The notes: generated from the sequence alone by a model not told the origin. Counted from the stretch's first letter, positions 46,153 through 55,996 are shown. The stretch: DNA of 64,000 nt from Actinorhabdospora filicis (GCF_030269765.1 NZ_BSTX01000001.1:1975571-2039570); one strand, 5' to 3'. A program made the numbers and translations.

Positions 46153-48891
46153 CTAAAACGTCCCGAACCGGTCCCCGTTCTCCGGCTCGCCCGGCACGCC
46201 CGGCGTCCCTTCACCGAAGTACTGCGCGCCGTCCCCGGTCAACCCGTTCGGCCCGACCCACACCACGGTGAACGCACCCTGCCGGGAGTCCTCCCCCGGC
46301 GCGCCCACCAGCAGCGCCGGCCTCGCACCCCCGAGGAAGCGCATGCTCGCGCCCCACTTGTCGCCGCTCTCATGCGAGCCGGGGATGCCGGGTGAGTCCT
46401 GGGTCCAGGCCGTGGTCGAGGTCAGTGCGAGGCCGCCGGGGGCGCCGGGGGTCACGGTCACGTATTCGTCGCCGTAGCTGAAGATGGCCAGGTCGGACAC
46501 GCCGTCGCCGTTGGAGTCACCGGCGGCGAGGTTGTCGCCGAAGAAGTCGTTGTCGTAGGGCAGGCCGATGATGCCGTCGGTGTCCTGGGTGATCTGGATG
46601 GAGCCGTCGGCGCTCAGTTCGGTGCCGTTGGAGTACAAGACGGTCACCGAGCCGGCGTCGGCCTGGTCGCCGAGGCGGGTTCCGGGCGCGGACGCGGCGA
46701 GGTCGGCCAGGCCGTCGCCGTTGAAGTCGCCCATCGCGACCTTGAGCCCGAACTCGTCGGCGCCGTCGCCGGTGCGGGGCTCGTACTTGCCGGGGGCGCC
46801 GGGGACGCCGGGGGTGTCCTTCGAGACGCGCTTGACGCGGTCGGTCCACAGGCCCCACTGGTCGGCGTGGACGATGACGACGGCGCCGGTGGACCAGCCC
46901 TTGTCCTCGTTGTCTCCGGGGATGCCGATGGCGAGGTCGGCGTAGCCGTCGGCGTCGATGTCACCGGTGGCCAGGGACCAGCCGAAGCGTTCGCCGGCGT
47001 CATCGGTCGTGGTGGGGAAGCCCTGGCCGCCCTGCCACATGACGCGGTCGAGGCGGAAGCCGGTGGGCGTGGAGAGGTAGGCGAAGACGGCGCCGCCGAT
47101 GCCTGCCTGGGGCGCGCCGACGGCGAGGTCGTCGAGTCCGTCGCCGTTGAAGTCGCCGGAGGCGAGGGCGCGGCCGTAGGCGCCGTGGAAGTACCACTCC
47201 TGCCACAGGGACGTCGAGGCGGTCGTGGTGAGCCCGGCGGCGGAGCCGTAGAGGACCTCGACCATGCCCGCGTCGGTCCAGTCGCCGTCGTCCTCGCCGG
47301 GCGCGCCGACGGCGAGGTCGGCGTAACCGTCGCCGTTGAAGTCGCCGGAGGCGGTGGCCTGCCCGAGCATGTCGCCGGGCTCGTTGGCCCCGTCGACGCC
47401 GGGCGTGTTCTGGTCCATGGCGCGGGATCCGGACGCGGTCACGCCCGTGGCGGTGCCGTAGAGGACGTGGAACTGGCCGGTGTCGGTGGTGCCGCCGTCG
47501 TCCTCGCCGGGGGTGCCCACGACCGCGTCGGTGTAGCCGTCGCCGTTGAAGTCCCAGGGCAGGGTGCGCAGCTGCGTCGAGCCGGTCCAGGTGGAGGGCT
47601 CATGGGCGGCGTCCCCGGCGTAGGACACCGTGAAGGTGACTCGCCCGGCCAGCCCGGTGCCGTCGAAGGGGAACGCGAAGGTGCCGTCGGCGGCGGTGGT
47701 GATGGTGCTCAGGTGGGTTCCGGCGCGGTCGGTGCGGGTGACCGACAGGACCGTTCCGGCGCCGGGGCCGCGGTCGAGGCCGCCGGTGACCTCGAAGGAC
47801 GCGCCGTGCTTCGCCACGGTGGGCACGGTGGCCTTGATGCGCGTGTCGTAGACGGTCGCGTTGTTCAGCACGAACATCGACGCGTCGGAGGTGTCGTAGT
47901 TGTAGCCGCTGACCACGATCCGGCCGTCACCGGTGAACAGCAGCCGGTAGCTCGGGGAGAAGTCCTCGGGCAGCTGGTACACGCGCAGCAGCTCACCGGG
48001 CGTCCCGGCGAGCAGGTCGCGGACGGCGACCGTCGCCGACCGGCCGTGCCACTCCAGCACCGCCAGGTAGCGGCGGTCGGGGCTGATCTCGACCGTCACG
48101 GGGTCGGCGTGCTCGGCGACGCGGACCGGCTCGGCCGACAGGTCACCGGCCGGGTAGATCGCCAGGGGCGAGGAGTCCCACAGGACGACGGCGAGCTCAT
48201 CGGTGGCCGGGAGCGGGATCGCCGTGCCGCAGCAGTTCACGTCGGGGATGGAGTCGAGTTCGACCGGCGTTCCGGAGGTCACGTCGAAGAGCATCGGCCC
48301 GTACGGCGCGTAGCCGCGGATGAAGACGAGCCGGCCGGGGCTCTCCGGGAGAGCCCGGATGTCCAGGGCCAGGCCGACTTTCGCGTGGCCGTCGGTGAAC
48401 TGCCCGGTGGCGGGGTCGAGGGAGCCGAGTCCGACGCCCTCGCCGTAGCAGCGGATGAAGGCGAACCAGAGCCTGCCGCCGGTGAACGTCGCCTCATAGG
48501 GGCACACGTTCGGGATGGGGAAGAACTTCACCGCGAAGGTGGTGGTGTCGAGGGTTCCCACGCGTTCGCGGTACTGCTCCAGGACGTAGAGGGTCTTCCC
48601 GTCGGGGCTGAGGGTCAGCGACCGCGGGTCGTCGAAGGCGGTGACGGTCCTCTGTACGGACCCGTCGAGCCTGACGACGCTGATCACATCGTGCGCGGCC
48701 ACGAAGATCCGCTGGTGGAGGGTGTCGTAGGCCGCGTCGCGCACTTCGGTCGGGAAGGGCGCCTCGGTGTAGGGCGGCGGTTCCTCGGCGGCGGCAGACG
48801 GGTCGGCCGTCGCGGCGGCCGGGGCGAGCACGAGGGCGACGGTGGACAGTAAAGCGGCGACGGCGAAGCGCACGCCAAAGCGTCGGTTCAT
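46153..48891 (-). CDS. secreted YVTN/Ig/FG-GAP protein (paralog R3)
   Basis: Start trimmed to MNRRFGVRFAVAALLSTVALVLAPAAATA. C-terminal third nearly identical to L1 (TTAWTQDSPGIPGSHESGDKWGAS). Confidence 0.85.
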   Translation of the reverse strand: MNRRFGVRFAVAALLSTVALVLAPAAATADPSAAAEEPPPYTEAPFPTEVRDAAYDTLHQRIFVAAHDVISVVRLDGSVQRTVTAFDDPRSLTLSPDGKTLYVLEQYRERVGTLDTTTFAVKFFPIPNVCPYEATFTGGRLWFAFIRCYGEGVGLGSLDPATGQFTDGHAKVGLALDIRALPESPGRLVFIRGYAPYGPMLFDVTSGTPVELDSIPDVNCCGTAIPLPATDELAVVLWDSSPLAIYPAGDLSAEPVRVAEHADPVTVEISPDRRYLAVLEWHGRSATVAVRDLLAGTPGELLRVYQLPEDFSPSYRLLFTGDGRIVVSGYNYDTSDASMFVLNNATVYDTRIKATVPTVAKHGASFEVTGGLDRGPGAGTVLSVTRTDRAGTHLSTITTAADGTFAFPFDGTGLAGRVTFTVSYAGDAAHEPSTWTGSTQLRTLPWDFNGDGYTDAVVGTPGEDDGGTTDTGQFHVLYGTATGVTASGSRAMDQNTPGVDGANEPGDMLGQATASGDFNGDGYADLAVGAPGEDDGDWTDAGMVEVLYGSAAGLTTTASTSLWQEWYFHGAYGRALASGDFNGDGLDDLAVGAPQAGIGGAVFAYLSTPTGFRLDRVMWQGGQGFPTTTDDAGERFGWSLATGDIDADGYADLAIGIPGDNEDKGWSTGAVVIVHADQWGLWTDRVKRVSKDTPGVPGAPGKYEPRTGDGADEFGLKVAMGDFNGDGLADLAASAPGTRLGDQADAGSVTVLYSNGTELSADGSIQITQDTDGIIGLPYDNDFFGDNLAAGDSNGDGVSDLAIFSYGDEYVTVTPGAPGGLALTSTTAWTQDSPGIPGSHESGDKWGASMRFLGGARPALLVGAPGEDSRQGAFTVVWVGPNGLTGDGAQYFGEGTPGVPGEPENGDRFGTF

Positions 48892-48963
48892 GAAATCCCC
48901 GTTGAGGATGGGCAATGGGCAAGGGCGAACGCCATGTTAATCCCGCCCGTCCACCGGGGGAAC

Positions 48964-49605
48964 TCACCGTTCGCCCGGTACCACCACGCCGTTCTCATAG
49001 GCGAAGACCACCGCCTGCGTGCGGTTGTCGGCGCCCAGCTTCATCAGCACGTTGCCCACGTGCGTCTTGACCGTCTCCACCGTCACGTACAGCCGGGCCG
49101 CGATGTCCCCATTGGACAGTCCGGCGGCCATCAGCCGCAGGACGTCGGTCTCGCGCGCGGTCAGCGGCGGGCCGTCGGCGCGGACGGCGACGGGACGCGC
49201 GGCGGCCAGCCGGCGGACCGCGTCGGGGAACAGGAGGGTGTCGCCGCTGGCCACCAGCCGCAGGGCGTGGGCGATCTCGGCGGAGCGGGATCGCTTGAGC
49301 AGGAACCCCGACGCCCCGGCCAGCAGCGCGTCGTAGACGTACTCGTCGTTCTCGAAGGTGGTGATGACCACGACCTTCGGCGCGTCCGGCGTGCCGCGCA
49401 GGCGGCGGGTGGCCTCGATGCCGTCGACCTCGGGCATCCGCACGTCCATCAGCACCAGGTCGGGCTTCAGCTCGGCGGCCATGACGAGGACCTCGGCCCC
49501 ATCGGCGGCCCCGCCGACCACGTCGATGTCGGGTTCGCGGGACAGCAGGGCGTGCAGCCCGGTGCGGGTGAGCTCCTCGTCGTCGGCGATCAGGACGCGC
49601 ATCAT
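48964..49605 (-). CDS. NarL/LuxR-family response regulator
   Basis: MMRVLIADDEELTR...DLVLMDVRMPEVDG receiver domain plus C-terminal LuxR HTH (TARETDVLRLMAAGLSNGDIAARLYVTVETVKTHV). Confidence 0.9.
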   Translation of the reverse strand: MMRVLIADDEELTRTGLHALLSREPDIDVVGGAADGAEVLVMAAELKPDLVLMDVRMPEVDGIEATRRLRGTPDAPKVVVITTFENDEYVYDALLAGASGFLLKRSRSAEIAHALRLVASGDTLLFPDAVRRLAAARPVAVRADGPPLTARETDVLRLMAAGLSNGDIAARLYVTVETVKTHVGNVLMKLGADNRTQAVVFAYENGVVVPGER

Positions 49606-50828
49606 GCTCCGGACCGTATCGGCAGCCGCGCGAACAGCCGCCAGCGCTCCCCTTCGGCTGTGACCACCGGCGCGAAGGCGACCTCGCCGCGCAGGAGCCG
49701 GACGCGGTCGACGATGCCGACCAGGCCGCTGCCGCCGTGGCGGGAGGAACCGGCGGAGGTCATGGGGTTGGTGAGCTCGACGGTCAGCCAGCGCGGCCCG
49801 GCGTCCACCTTCAGCTTCACCGGCGCCTTGGGCGCGTGCCGCAGGGCGTTGGTGAGGCCCTCGCGGATGATGCGGTAGGCCTCGCGGGAGACCGTGGCGG
49901 GCACCTTCGGCAGTACACCCTCCACTGTGGAGGTCACCTCGGTGCCGGTGCGGCGGACGTGTTCCAGCAGCGCGTCCAGGTCGGCCAGCGTCCGATGTGG
50001 AGCGCGCGGCGCTTTCCCTTCGCGCAGCAGGCCGAGGACGTGGTCGAGGTCCTCCAGGGCGGTGCGGGAGGACTCCTCGATGCTGGCCAGCGCCTTGCGC
50101 GCCAGCTCGGGGTCGTCGTCCATGAGCTGCCCGGCGACCTGCGCCTGGATGGTGGACGCGGTGAGGGTGTGGCCGATGGAGTCGTGCAGCTCCTGGGCGA
50201 GCCGGTCGCGCTGGGTCAGCACGGCGGTGCGCTCCTCCAGGACGGCGACGCGCTCGGCGGCCCGGGGCGCCAGGAACAGCGGCGCGAAGCGGCGGTAGAC
50301 GGCGATCAGCGCGGCGGCGAACAGGCCCAGCAGCGCGATCTCGGCGAAGGCCAGCGGCAGCGTCCACAGCCCGGAGCGGTCGCCGGGGACCTCCATGGTG
50401 AAGAAGTAGTAGTCGATGCTGTTGCCGCCGTCGAGCCAGAACAGCACCGGCGAGATCGCCGACAGCCACACCGCGAAGGTCAGCCCGGCCAGCAGCGCGC
50501 CACCGGCGCAGTGCGCGACCACCCACACCGAGGCGCGCACCCGGTCGGGCCAGGTGTGCGTCCGGGGCTGCGGGACGCGTACGCCCAGCAGGACGCTCGC
50601 GAAGTGCGCGTGGGCGTCGCGGATGAAGCGCGGCCAGGCCATCAGGGTGGCGAAGAAGGCGGTGAACAGCGCGAGCGTCCACGGGCGGGCGGCGGGCGGC
50701 GTCCAGGCGACGGCGGAGACGCCCGCCGGGATCATCGGGATCAGGGCGAGCAGCGCGCCCGACAGGACGTAGAGCCAGCCCTTGAGGACGCGCGGACCGG
50801 GCAGGACGGTGGCGGCGAGCTTGTGCAT
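49602..50828 (-). CDS. sensor histidine kinase (HisKA_3/NarX-type)
   Basis: Start trimmed to MHKLAATV. Several N-terminal TM helices. H-box ELHDSIGHTLT. HATPase region with GSGLVGI. Stop overlaps the RR start. Confidence 0.85.
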   Translation of the reverse strand: MHKLAATVLPGPRVLKGWLYVLSGALLALIPMIPAGVSAVAWTPPAARPWTLALFTAFFATLMAWPRFIRDAHAHFASVLLGVRVPQPRTHTWPDRVRASVWVVAHCAGGALLAGLTFAVWLSAISPVLFWLDGGNSIDYYFFTMEVPGDRSGLWTLPLAFAEIALLGLFAAALIAVYRRFAPLFLAPRAAERVAVLEERTAVLTQRDRLAQELHDSIGHTLTASTIQAQVAGQLMDDDPELARKALASIEESSRTALEDLDHVLGLLREGKAPRAPHRTLADLDALLEHVRRTGTEVTSTVEGVLPKVPATVSREAYRIIREGLTNALRHAPKAPVKLKVDAGPRWLTVELTNPMTSAGSSRHGGSGLVGIVDRVRLLRGEVAFAPVVTAEGERWRLFARLPIRSGA

Positions 50829-50860
50829 GGCACGAGTCTGCCCAATGGCACCGGCGGTGA

Positions 50861-50880
50861 CCTCCCTCCCGGGAGGGAGG
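50861..50880. other. 20-bp perfect palindrome
   Basis: CCTCCCTCCCGGGAGGGAGG, in the divergent region between the kinase and the CPBP protease. Confidence 0.5.
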
Positions 50881-50988
50881 GGCGGTCTCCCCCGAAAGTA
50901 CGGCCGCCGGACCGCTCCCGCTCGGGAGGTGCGAAACGGCGTGCGCGGAGAGGCTGTGCCCACAGATTCCCCCGTTCGAAGGAGACCG

Positions 50989-51837
50989 ATGAAGAACGGT
51001 CGCGGACTGGCCTGGTTCCTGGGCCTGTCGTTCATCCCGACCTGGGTGTACTTCGGTGTCGCGCCCCTGTACGGCATCGACATGGTCAACCCGCTGGCGC
51101 AGCTGCCCTTCGCGTTCATGCCGGCGATCGCGGCGGTGCTGGTGCGGGCCTTCATCACCCGCGAGGGCTTCGCCGACGCCGGACTCCGGTTGCGCCTCAA
51201 GGCATCCTGGCCCTACTACCTGCTGGCCTGGTTCGTCCCGGCCGCGATAGCCGCCGCCACGATCGGCACGGCCTGGGCCTTCGGCCTGGTGGATCCGGGA
51301 CAGTTCGTGCCGGACGGCGGCCTGCCCCTGATCGCCGGGCTGCACCTGCTGGTCGTGGTCCTCATGCCGGTGTTCTGGGGCGAGGAGTTCGGCTGGACCA
51401 GCTACCTGCGGCTGCGGCTGTTCCCGGACCGCCCGGTGCTGTCCACATTGGGCACCGGGCTGATCTGGGCGGTGTGGCACTGGCCCCTGGCGTTCAACGG
51501 GTACATGGTCTTCGACAGCTGGCTGATCGGCCTGGCGGTGTGGACGCCGCTGATGATGACGCAGGAGGTCATGCTCGCCTGGCTGCGGATGCGCTCGGGC
51601 TCGATCTGGCCGACCAGCCTCGCCCACGCCGGGAACAACATGATCCTGTCCTGGCTGACCGCCTCGGTCCTGGAGGACGCCGCGGGGCTGGACAACGTCA
51701 CCGTCATGCTGGTGATGCTGGTGCCGATGACGCTGCTGTCGGGCTGGATCATCCTCAGTGGACGGCTACGGGACGCCTTGACGGCTCGGGGTTCGTCAGT
51801 GTCATCGCGCCCGGAATCAGCAGCACCGCGTAGGTAG
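50989..51837 (+). CDS. CPBP-family intramembrane metalloprotease (CAAX protease-like)
   Basis: AAGGAGA RBS. EExxxR motif (GEEFGWTSYLRLRL), FxxxH (AVWHWP) and a second His (SLAHAGNN). Confidence 0.8.
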   Translation: MKNGRGLAWFLGLSFIPTWVYFGVAPLYGIDMVNPLAQLPFAFMPAIAAVLVRAFITREGFADAGLRLRLKASWPYYLLAWFVPAAIAAATIGTAWAFGLVDPGQFVPDGGLPLIAGLHLLVVVLMPVFWGEEFGWTSYLRLRLFPDRPVLSTLGTGLIWAVWHWPLAFNGYMVFDSWLIGLAVWTPLMMTQEVMLAWLRMRSGSIWPTSLAHAGNNMILSWLTASVLEDAAGLDNVTVMLVMLVPMTLLSGWIILSGRLRDALTARGSSVSSRPESAAPRR

Positions 51838-52978
51838 AGATCAGCAGCACCAGCGCGGCCACGATCCCGAACAGCCCCATGCCCAGCGAGATGGCCAGGG
51901 CCGGGACGACGGCCTTGGCCACCGGGTCCAGGCAGAAGGTCAGCAGGTGCTCCAGGCCGTAGACGCGGCCGTGGGTCTCGGCCGGGAACGCCCGGCTGAG
52001 ACCCGACAGCCACAGCACGAAGAACAGGCTGATGCCGACCCACACCACGAACGAGATCGCGCACCACAGCCACAGCGGCACGTCCCACACCAGGCAGACC
52101 GGCAGCAGCGCACACGGCGCCAGGGCGTTCATCGCGAACAGGCCCGGCCGCTTCGGCTTGACCCGCCCGGCGATCAGCGAGCCCACCAGCGCACCGGCGA
52201 AGCCGACCGCGGTGATCCAGCCGTAGGCGCCCTTGGCGTAGCGGTCGTTGGCCACGATCGCGCTGAGCACGGCGTTGGGGGCGAACAGGAAGAACACCTG
52301 GACGGTGCCCTGGAGCATGATCGCGGTCGCCCACTTGTTGCGCCACACGATCCGGAAGCCGTCGGCGGCCTCGGAGAACATCGACCACAGGCCCGCGCCG
52401 GAGCCGCCGCCGACGGCCGGGAGCCGCAGGAACAGCAGGGTCGCCAGGCTCACCGCGTAGGTGCCGACGTTGACCCACAGGGCCGCCTCGGCGCTCACCG
52501 AGGCGATGAACACCCCGCCCAGGGCCGCGCCCGCCGCGAGGCCCACGCGCTTGGTGGCCGCGTCCAGCGCGTTGGCGCGCTCCAGCAGCGACTCGTCCAC
52601 GATCTGCGGCATCGAGGCCCGGTGCGCCGGCTGGTAGAGGCCGACGCCGATCCCCTCGACCACCGCCACCCCGATCAGCGCCCACAGTGGACCGTCCTCG
52701 GCCAGCGCCAGGTAACCCGCCAGGCCGCCCAGGGCCAGCAGGTCCGACACGACCATGACCAGGCTGCGCGAGTAGCGGTCGGACAGCACGCCGCCCAGCA
52801 GCGTGAAGAACGCGCCCGCGCCGGCCTGCGCGGCCATGACGTAGGCCAGGAACACCCCGTCGTGATGGTTCAGCAGGAGACCCGGCAGGGCGACGAAGGT
52901 CAGCCCGTTACCGGTGACGGCCGTGGCCTGGCCCAGCCAGAACGCCACGAAGCGCTTGTCGCGCAGCAATACGGACAC
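51755..52978 (-). CDS. MFS transporter
   Basis: 407 aa, 12 predicted TM helices, MFS-like loop motifs. Convergent 3' overlap with the CPBP gene. Confidence 0.75.
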   Translation of the reverse strand: MSVLLRDKRFVAFWLGQATAVTGNGLTFVALPGLLLNHHDGVFLAYVMAAQAGAGAFFTLLGGVLSDRYSRSLVMVVSDLLALGGLAGYLALAEDGPLWALIGVAVVEGIGVGLYQPAHRASMPQIVDESLLERANALDAATKRVGLAAGAALGGVFIASVSAEAALWVNVGTYAVSLATLLFLRLPAVGGGSGAGLWSMFSEAADGFRIVWRNKWATAIMLQGTVQVFFLFAPNAVLSAIVANDRYAKGAYGWITAVGFAGALVGSLIAGRVKPKRPGLFAMNALAPCALLPVCLVWDVPLWLWCAISFVVWVGISLFFVLWLSGLSRAFPAETHGRVYGLEHLLTFCLDPVAKAVVPALAISLGMGLFGIVAALVLLISTYAVLLIPGAMTLTNPEPSRRPVAVH

Positions 52979-53140
52979 CGGGGCTCCCTCGTCAGGGTGG
53001 TGGTGCTGGGGTGGTGGGGAAGATCAATCCGATCCAACGCCGATACCGGGACCGGCGCAAGCGAGTTTGCGACGGCTCGTCACGGGTGACCACCCGGAAG
53101 CCGGTGGGGCGAGAGGCGTCCCCGCCCGGCTACCCCGCCG

Positions 53141-53170
53141 TTGACAGTACTTCGCATTGCGGAGTAGCGT
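53141..53170 (+). promoter_or_regulatory. sigma70-like promoter with embedded near-palindromic operator for padR
   Basis: TTGACA-18 nt-TAGCGT, with the GTG start 7 nt downstream (leaderless-like). The spacer TACTTCGCATTGCGGAGTA is a 19-bp imperfect palindrome. Confidence 0.5.
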
Positions 53171-53176
53171 GACGGT

Positions 53177-53494
53177 GTGGACCGCACCCAGCTGCTCAAA
53201 GGCGTCCTCGACATCGCCGTACTCGCCACCCTCCGCGATGAGGACGGCTACGGCTACGACATCCTGCGCCGCCTGCGCGCCGCCGGCTTCGACGACGTCG
53301 GCGACGCATCGGTCTACGGCACCCTGCGCCGCCTGTTCCAGGCCGGTCACCTGGTCACCTACGTCGTGGCCAGCGACTCCGGCCCACACCGCAAGTACTA
53401 CTCGCTGAACCAATCCGGGCGGCTGCAGCTCAAACTCGCCGCCGAGACCTGGCGGGACTTCTCCGCCACCATGGACCGCCTGCTCGCCGACTAG
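53177..53494 (+). CDS. PadR-family transcriptional regulator
   Basis: PadR winged-helix consensus (LKGVLDIAVLATLRDEDGYGYDILRRL...YYSLNQSGR). Confidence 0.85.
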   Translation: MDRTQLLKGVLDIAVLATLRDEDGYGYDILRRLRAAGFDDVGDASVYGTLRRLFQAGHLVTYVVASDSGPHRKYYSLNQSGRLQLKLAAETWRDFSATMDRLLAD

Positions 53495-53503
53495 GAGAGG
53501 CCC

Positions 53504-54112
53504 GTGCACGCCATCGGCACCCGGGACGACGAGGTCGCCCACTACATCGCCGCCGTCGAGGACGCCCTCGCCGACATGCCCGAGAACCTGCGCGAGGAGC
53601 TGCTCGCCGACCTCGTCGGCCATCTCACCGAGATCGCCGGGGAGATCACCGCGGCCGTGCCACTCGCCGTCCGCCTCGGCCCGCCGCGCGCCTACGCCGC
53701 CGAGCTGCGCGCCACCATCAACCCCGCCTACCGCCAGGTCGTCCCGCCCCCGCCGCCACCCAGGACCTGGCGCGACCTGGCCCTGGACGCCGACCGGCGC
53801 GGCGGGCGGTACCTGGGCTACGCCCGCGTCACCGACTTCCTGTTCGCGCTGCGCCCGGCGTGGTGGGTCCTGCGCGTCTACGCCGTGACCGGTCTCGGCG
53901 TGCTGTGGGTGGCCCTGGCCGGACAGTACGCCTTCTACGAGCTCGGCTTCGTCCTGCTGCTCCTGGCCGTGATCGGCGGGACGAGCCTGCTGCCGCTGTC
54001 GGTGCGGCTGGGCCGCGACCGCGACCGCGAGGGCCTGGACCAGGCCGCCTCCATCGTCGGGCTGATCGCGGTGATCCTGTGGCCGACGTCGGTGCTCTTC
54101 ATACTGTTCTGA
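53504..54112 (+). CDS. membrane protein downstream of padR (paralog 1)
   Basis: GGAGAGG RBS. N-terminal helical sensor-like segment (HYIAAVEDALADMPENLREELLADL), then 3-4 TM helices. Typical PadR-partner arrangement. Confidence 0.6.
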   Translation: MHAIGTRDDEVAHYIAAVEDALADMPENLREELLADLVGHLTEIAGEITAAVPLAVRLGPPRAYAAELRATINPAYRQVVPPPPPPRTWRDLALDADRRGGRYLGYARVTDFLFALRPAWWVLRVYAVTGLGVLWVALAGQYAFYELGFVLLLLAVIGGTSLLPLSVRLGRDRDREGLDQAASIVGLIAVILWPTSVLFILF

Positions 54113-54128
54113 ACGGGCGGGGTTCAGT

Positions 54129-54653
54129 GTGAGCCCCGCCCAGCGGCATCACCCCTGGAGCCCGCCCGTGCCCACCCGTGACGACCTGATCGCCCACCGC
54201 ATGGCCGCCGTCGAGGACGCCCTGCGCGACGTGCCGCCGATCGCGCGCGAGCGCCTGCTCGCGCGCCTCGCCGAGGACCTCACCGTCGAGCCGCCCGCCC
54301 CGCCGCGACCGCCGCGACCCGGCGTCCGCCCCGGACGGGCGCGCGGCCTCGACGAGCGGATCGGGACGGTCCTGGGCTTCCGGACCGGCACCGACTACCT
54401 CTACGCCCTGCGCCCGGCCCTGTGGCTGCTGCGCGCCCTCGTCGCCGGAATGGGGCTGTTCCTGCTGCTGGGCGCGGCCATGAACGCGCCGGACGAGGCG
54501 TGGCCGACCGTCCTCGCCCTCGGCGGCCTGGCCGGGCTCGCGCTGCTGGTGCCGTCCGTCCGCATCGGACGCGCCGGGCGGCCCCTCGCCGAGCACCTCG
54601 GCACGCTCGCCGCGGCCGTGATCCTGGCGCTCGCGCTGTTCGCGACCGGCTAG
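54129..54653 (+). CDS. membrane protein (paralog 2 of the PadR partner)
   Basis: N-terminus HRMAAVEDALRDVPPIARERLLARL is paralogous to the previous gene, followed by TM helices. Confidence 0.55.
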   Translation: MSPAQRHHPWSPPVPTRDDLIAHRMAAVEDALRDVPPIARERLLARLAEDLTVEPPAPPRPPRPGVRPGRARGLDERIGTVLGFRTGTDYLYALRPALWLLRALVAGMGLFLLLGAAMNAPDEAWPTVLALGGLAGLALLVPSVRIGRAGRPLAEHLGTLAAAVILALALFATG

Positions 54654-55216
54654 CGCGCCCGCATCCCGTCCAGCAGGAAGCGCGTGCGCCGGTCGTAGTC
54701 CTCGCGCGGGGGCTTCGGCCAGTGCCGCAGCGCCAGGCAGCCCTCGATGAACGCGTGGTACAGGTCGCCGACGGTGAAGTCGGGGCGGACCACGCCCGCC
54801 GCGTGCGCCTGGCGCATGAACTCCTCACCGGCGTCGGTGGCCGCCACGCACAGGCGCATCAGCTCCGGGGAGTCCGGGAAGCGCATCATCACCACGTCAC
54901 CGGCGACCGGCTCGCGGTAGTGCAGGTCGCGGCAGTCGGTCACGTAGGCGGCCACGCGCTCCCACGGGTCGGCCACCTTCGCGGCGCGCTCCATGGCGCC
55001 GGTCATCTCGACGGCGACGAGTTCGCCGATGACGGCGTCGATGAGGCCCTGCCGCCCGCCGAAGCGGTTGTAGATGGTGGCCTTGCTGACCCCGGCGGCC
55101 TTGGCGACCTCGTCGAGGGGGGTGTCCAGGCCGCGTCCCCGGAAGGCGGCGATCGCGGCGGCGCGCAGCTGCTCGACGTTGCGGGCGGCGTCGGCCCGCA
55201 GGGCTCGCTGTTCCAC
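54650..55216 (-). CDS. TetR-family transcriptional regulator
   Basis: TetR HTH (LDEVAKAAGVSKATIYNRFGGRQGL). Confidence 0.85.
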   Translation of the reverse strand: MEQRALRADAARNVEQLRAAAIAAFRGRGLDTPLDEVAKAAGVSKATIYNRFGGRQGLIDAVIGELVAVEMTGAMERAAKVADPWERVAAYVTDCRDLHYREPVAGDVVMMRFPDSPELMRLCVAATDAGEEFMRQAHAAGVVRPDFTVGDLYHAFIEGCLALRHWPKPPREDYDRRTRFLLDGMRAR

Positions 55217-55297
55217 GTTCCGCCTCCTAACTTGACAGGTGAGTTAAGTTGACCCTAGGGTCAAGTTGACTGTCGCGTCAACTACAAGGAGTATCCC

Positions 55298-55996
55298 TTG
55301 TCCAAGGCAATCGCCGTCTTCGGAGCCGGTCCCGGCCTCGGTCAGGCCGTCGCACACCACTACGCGAAGGAGGGCCACGACGTCGCCCTCGTCGCCCGCC
55401 GCCGCGAGCCCCTCGACGCCCTCGCCGCCGAACTCGCCGGATACGGCACCACGATCGCCGTGGTCACCGCCGACCTGGCCGACACCGACGGCGTCCCGGC
55501 GCTGGCCGCGCGCGTCCGCGAGGCCGTGGGCGAGCCGGAGGTCCTGTACTACGCCCCGTCCTCGGCCGACGCGGGCTTCGTCGCCGCGGCCGAGCTGACC
55601 GCGGAGAAGCTGCGGGAACTGGCGCCGCTGACGCTGTACACGCCGGTGGCGCTGGTCGGGGAGTTCCTGCCCGGCCTGCGGCAGATCCTGGTCGCGCAGG
55701 GCTTCAGCGCCCTCAACGGCCTGCCCGGCATGAGCGGCCCGGCGGTGCTGCTGGCCGGTCAGCGCAACTGGCTCCAGTCGCTGCGGGCCGAACTGGCCGG
55801 GCGGGACGTGCGGGTCTCGGCGCTCTACGTCGGCGCGGCGATCGCCGGGAGCGCGGTGCACACCGCGATCGAGGAGGCGCGGGCGGCGGGCGCGCCCGTC
55901 CCGGACTGGCCGGTGGCGACCCCGGCCGAGCTCCTGGAACTACTGCTGGGCGCGCACGAGAACGGCGGCGAGGCGATCCACGCGCCCGGGTTCTGA
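55298..55996 (+). CDS. SDR-family oxidoreductase
   Basis: Rossmann motif VFGAGPGLGQAV. Divergent from the TetR gene. The intergenic region carries GTTGAC-n6-GTCAAC palindromes. Confidence 0.8.
   Translation: MSKAIAVFGAGPGLGQAVAHHYAKEGHDVALVARRREPLDALAAELAGYGTTIAVVTADLADTDGVPALAARVREAVGEPEVLYYAPSSADAGFVAAAELTAEKLRELAPLTLYTPVALVGEFLPGLRQILVAQGFSALNGLPGMSGPAVLLAGQRNWLQSLRAELAGRDVRVSALYVGAAIAGSAVHTAIEEARAAGAPVPDWPVATPAELLELLLGAHENGGEAIHAPGF

Noticed and set aside
48964-51627. 887-aa ORF covering the response regulator
   Set aside because: Read-through of an antisense frame. The real RR is the last 213 codons (start MMRVLIADD at 49605).
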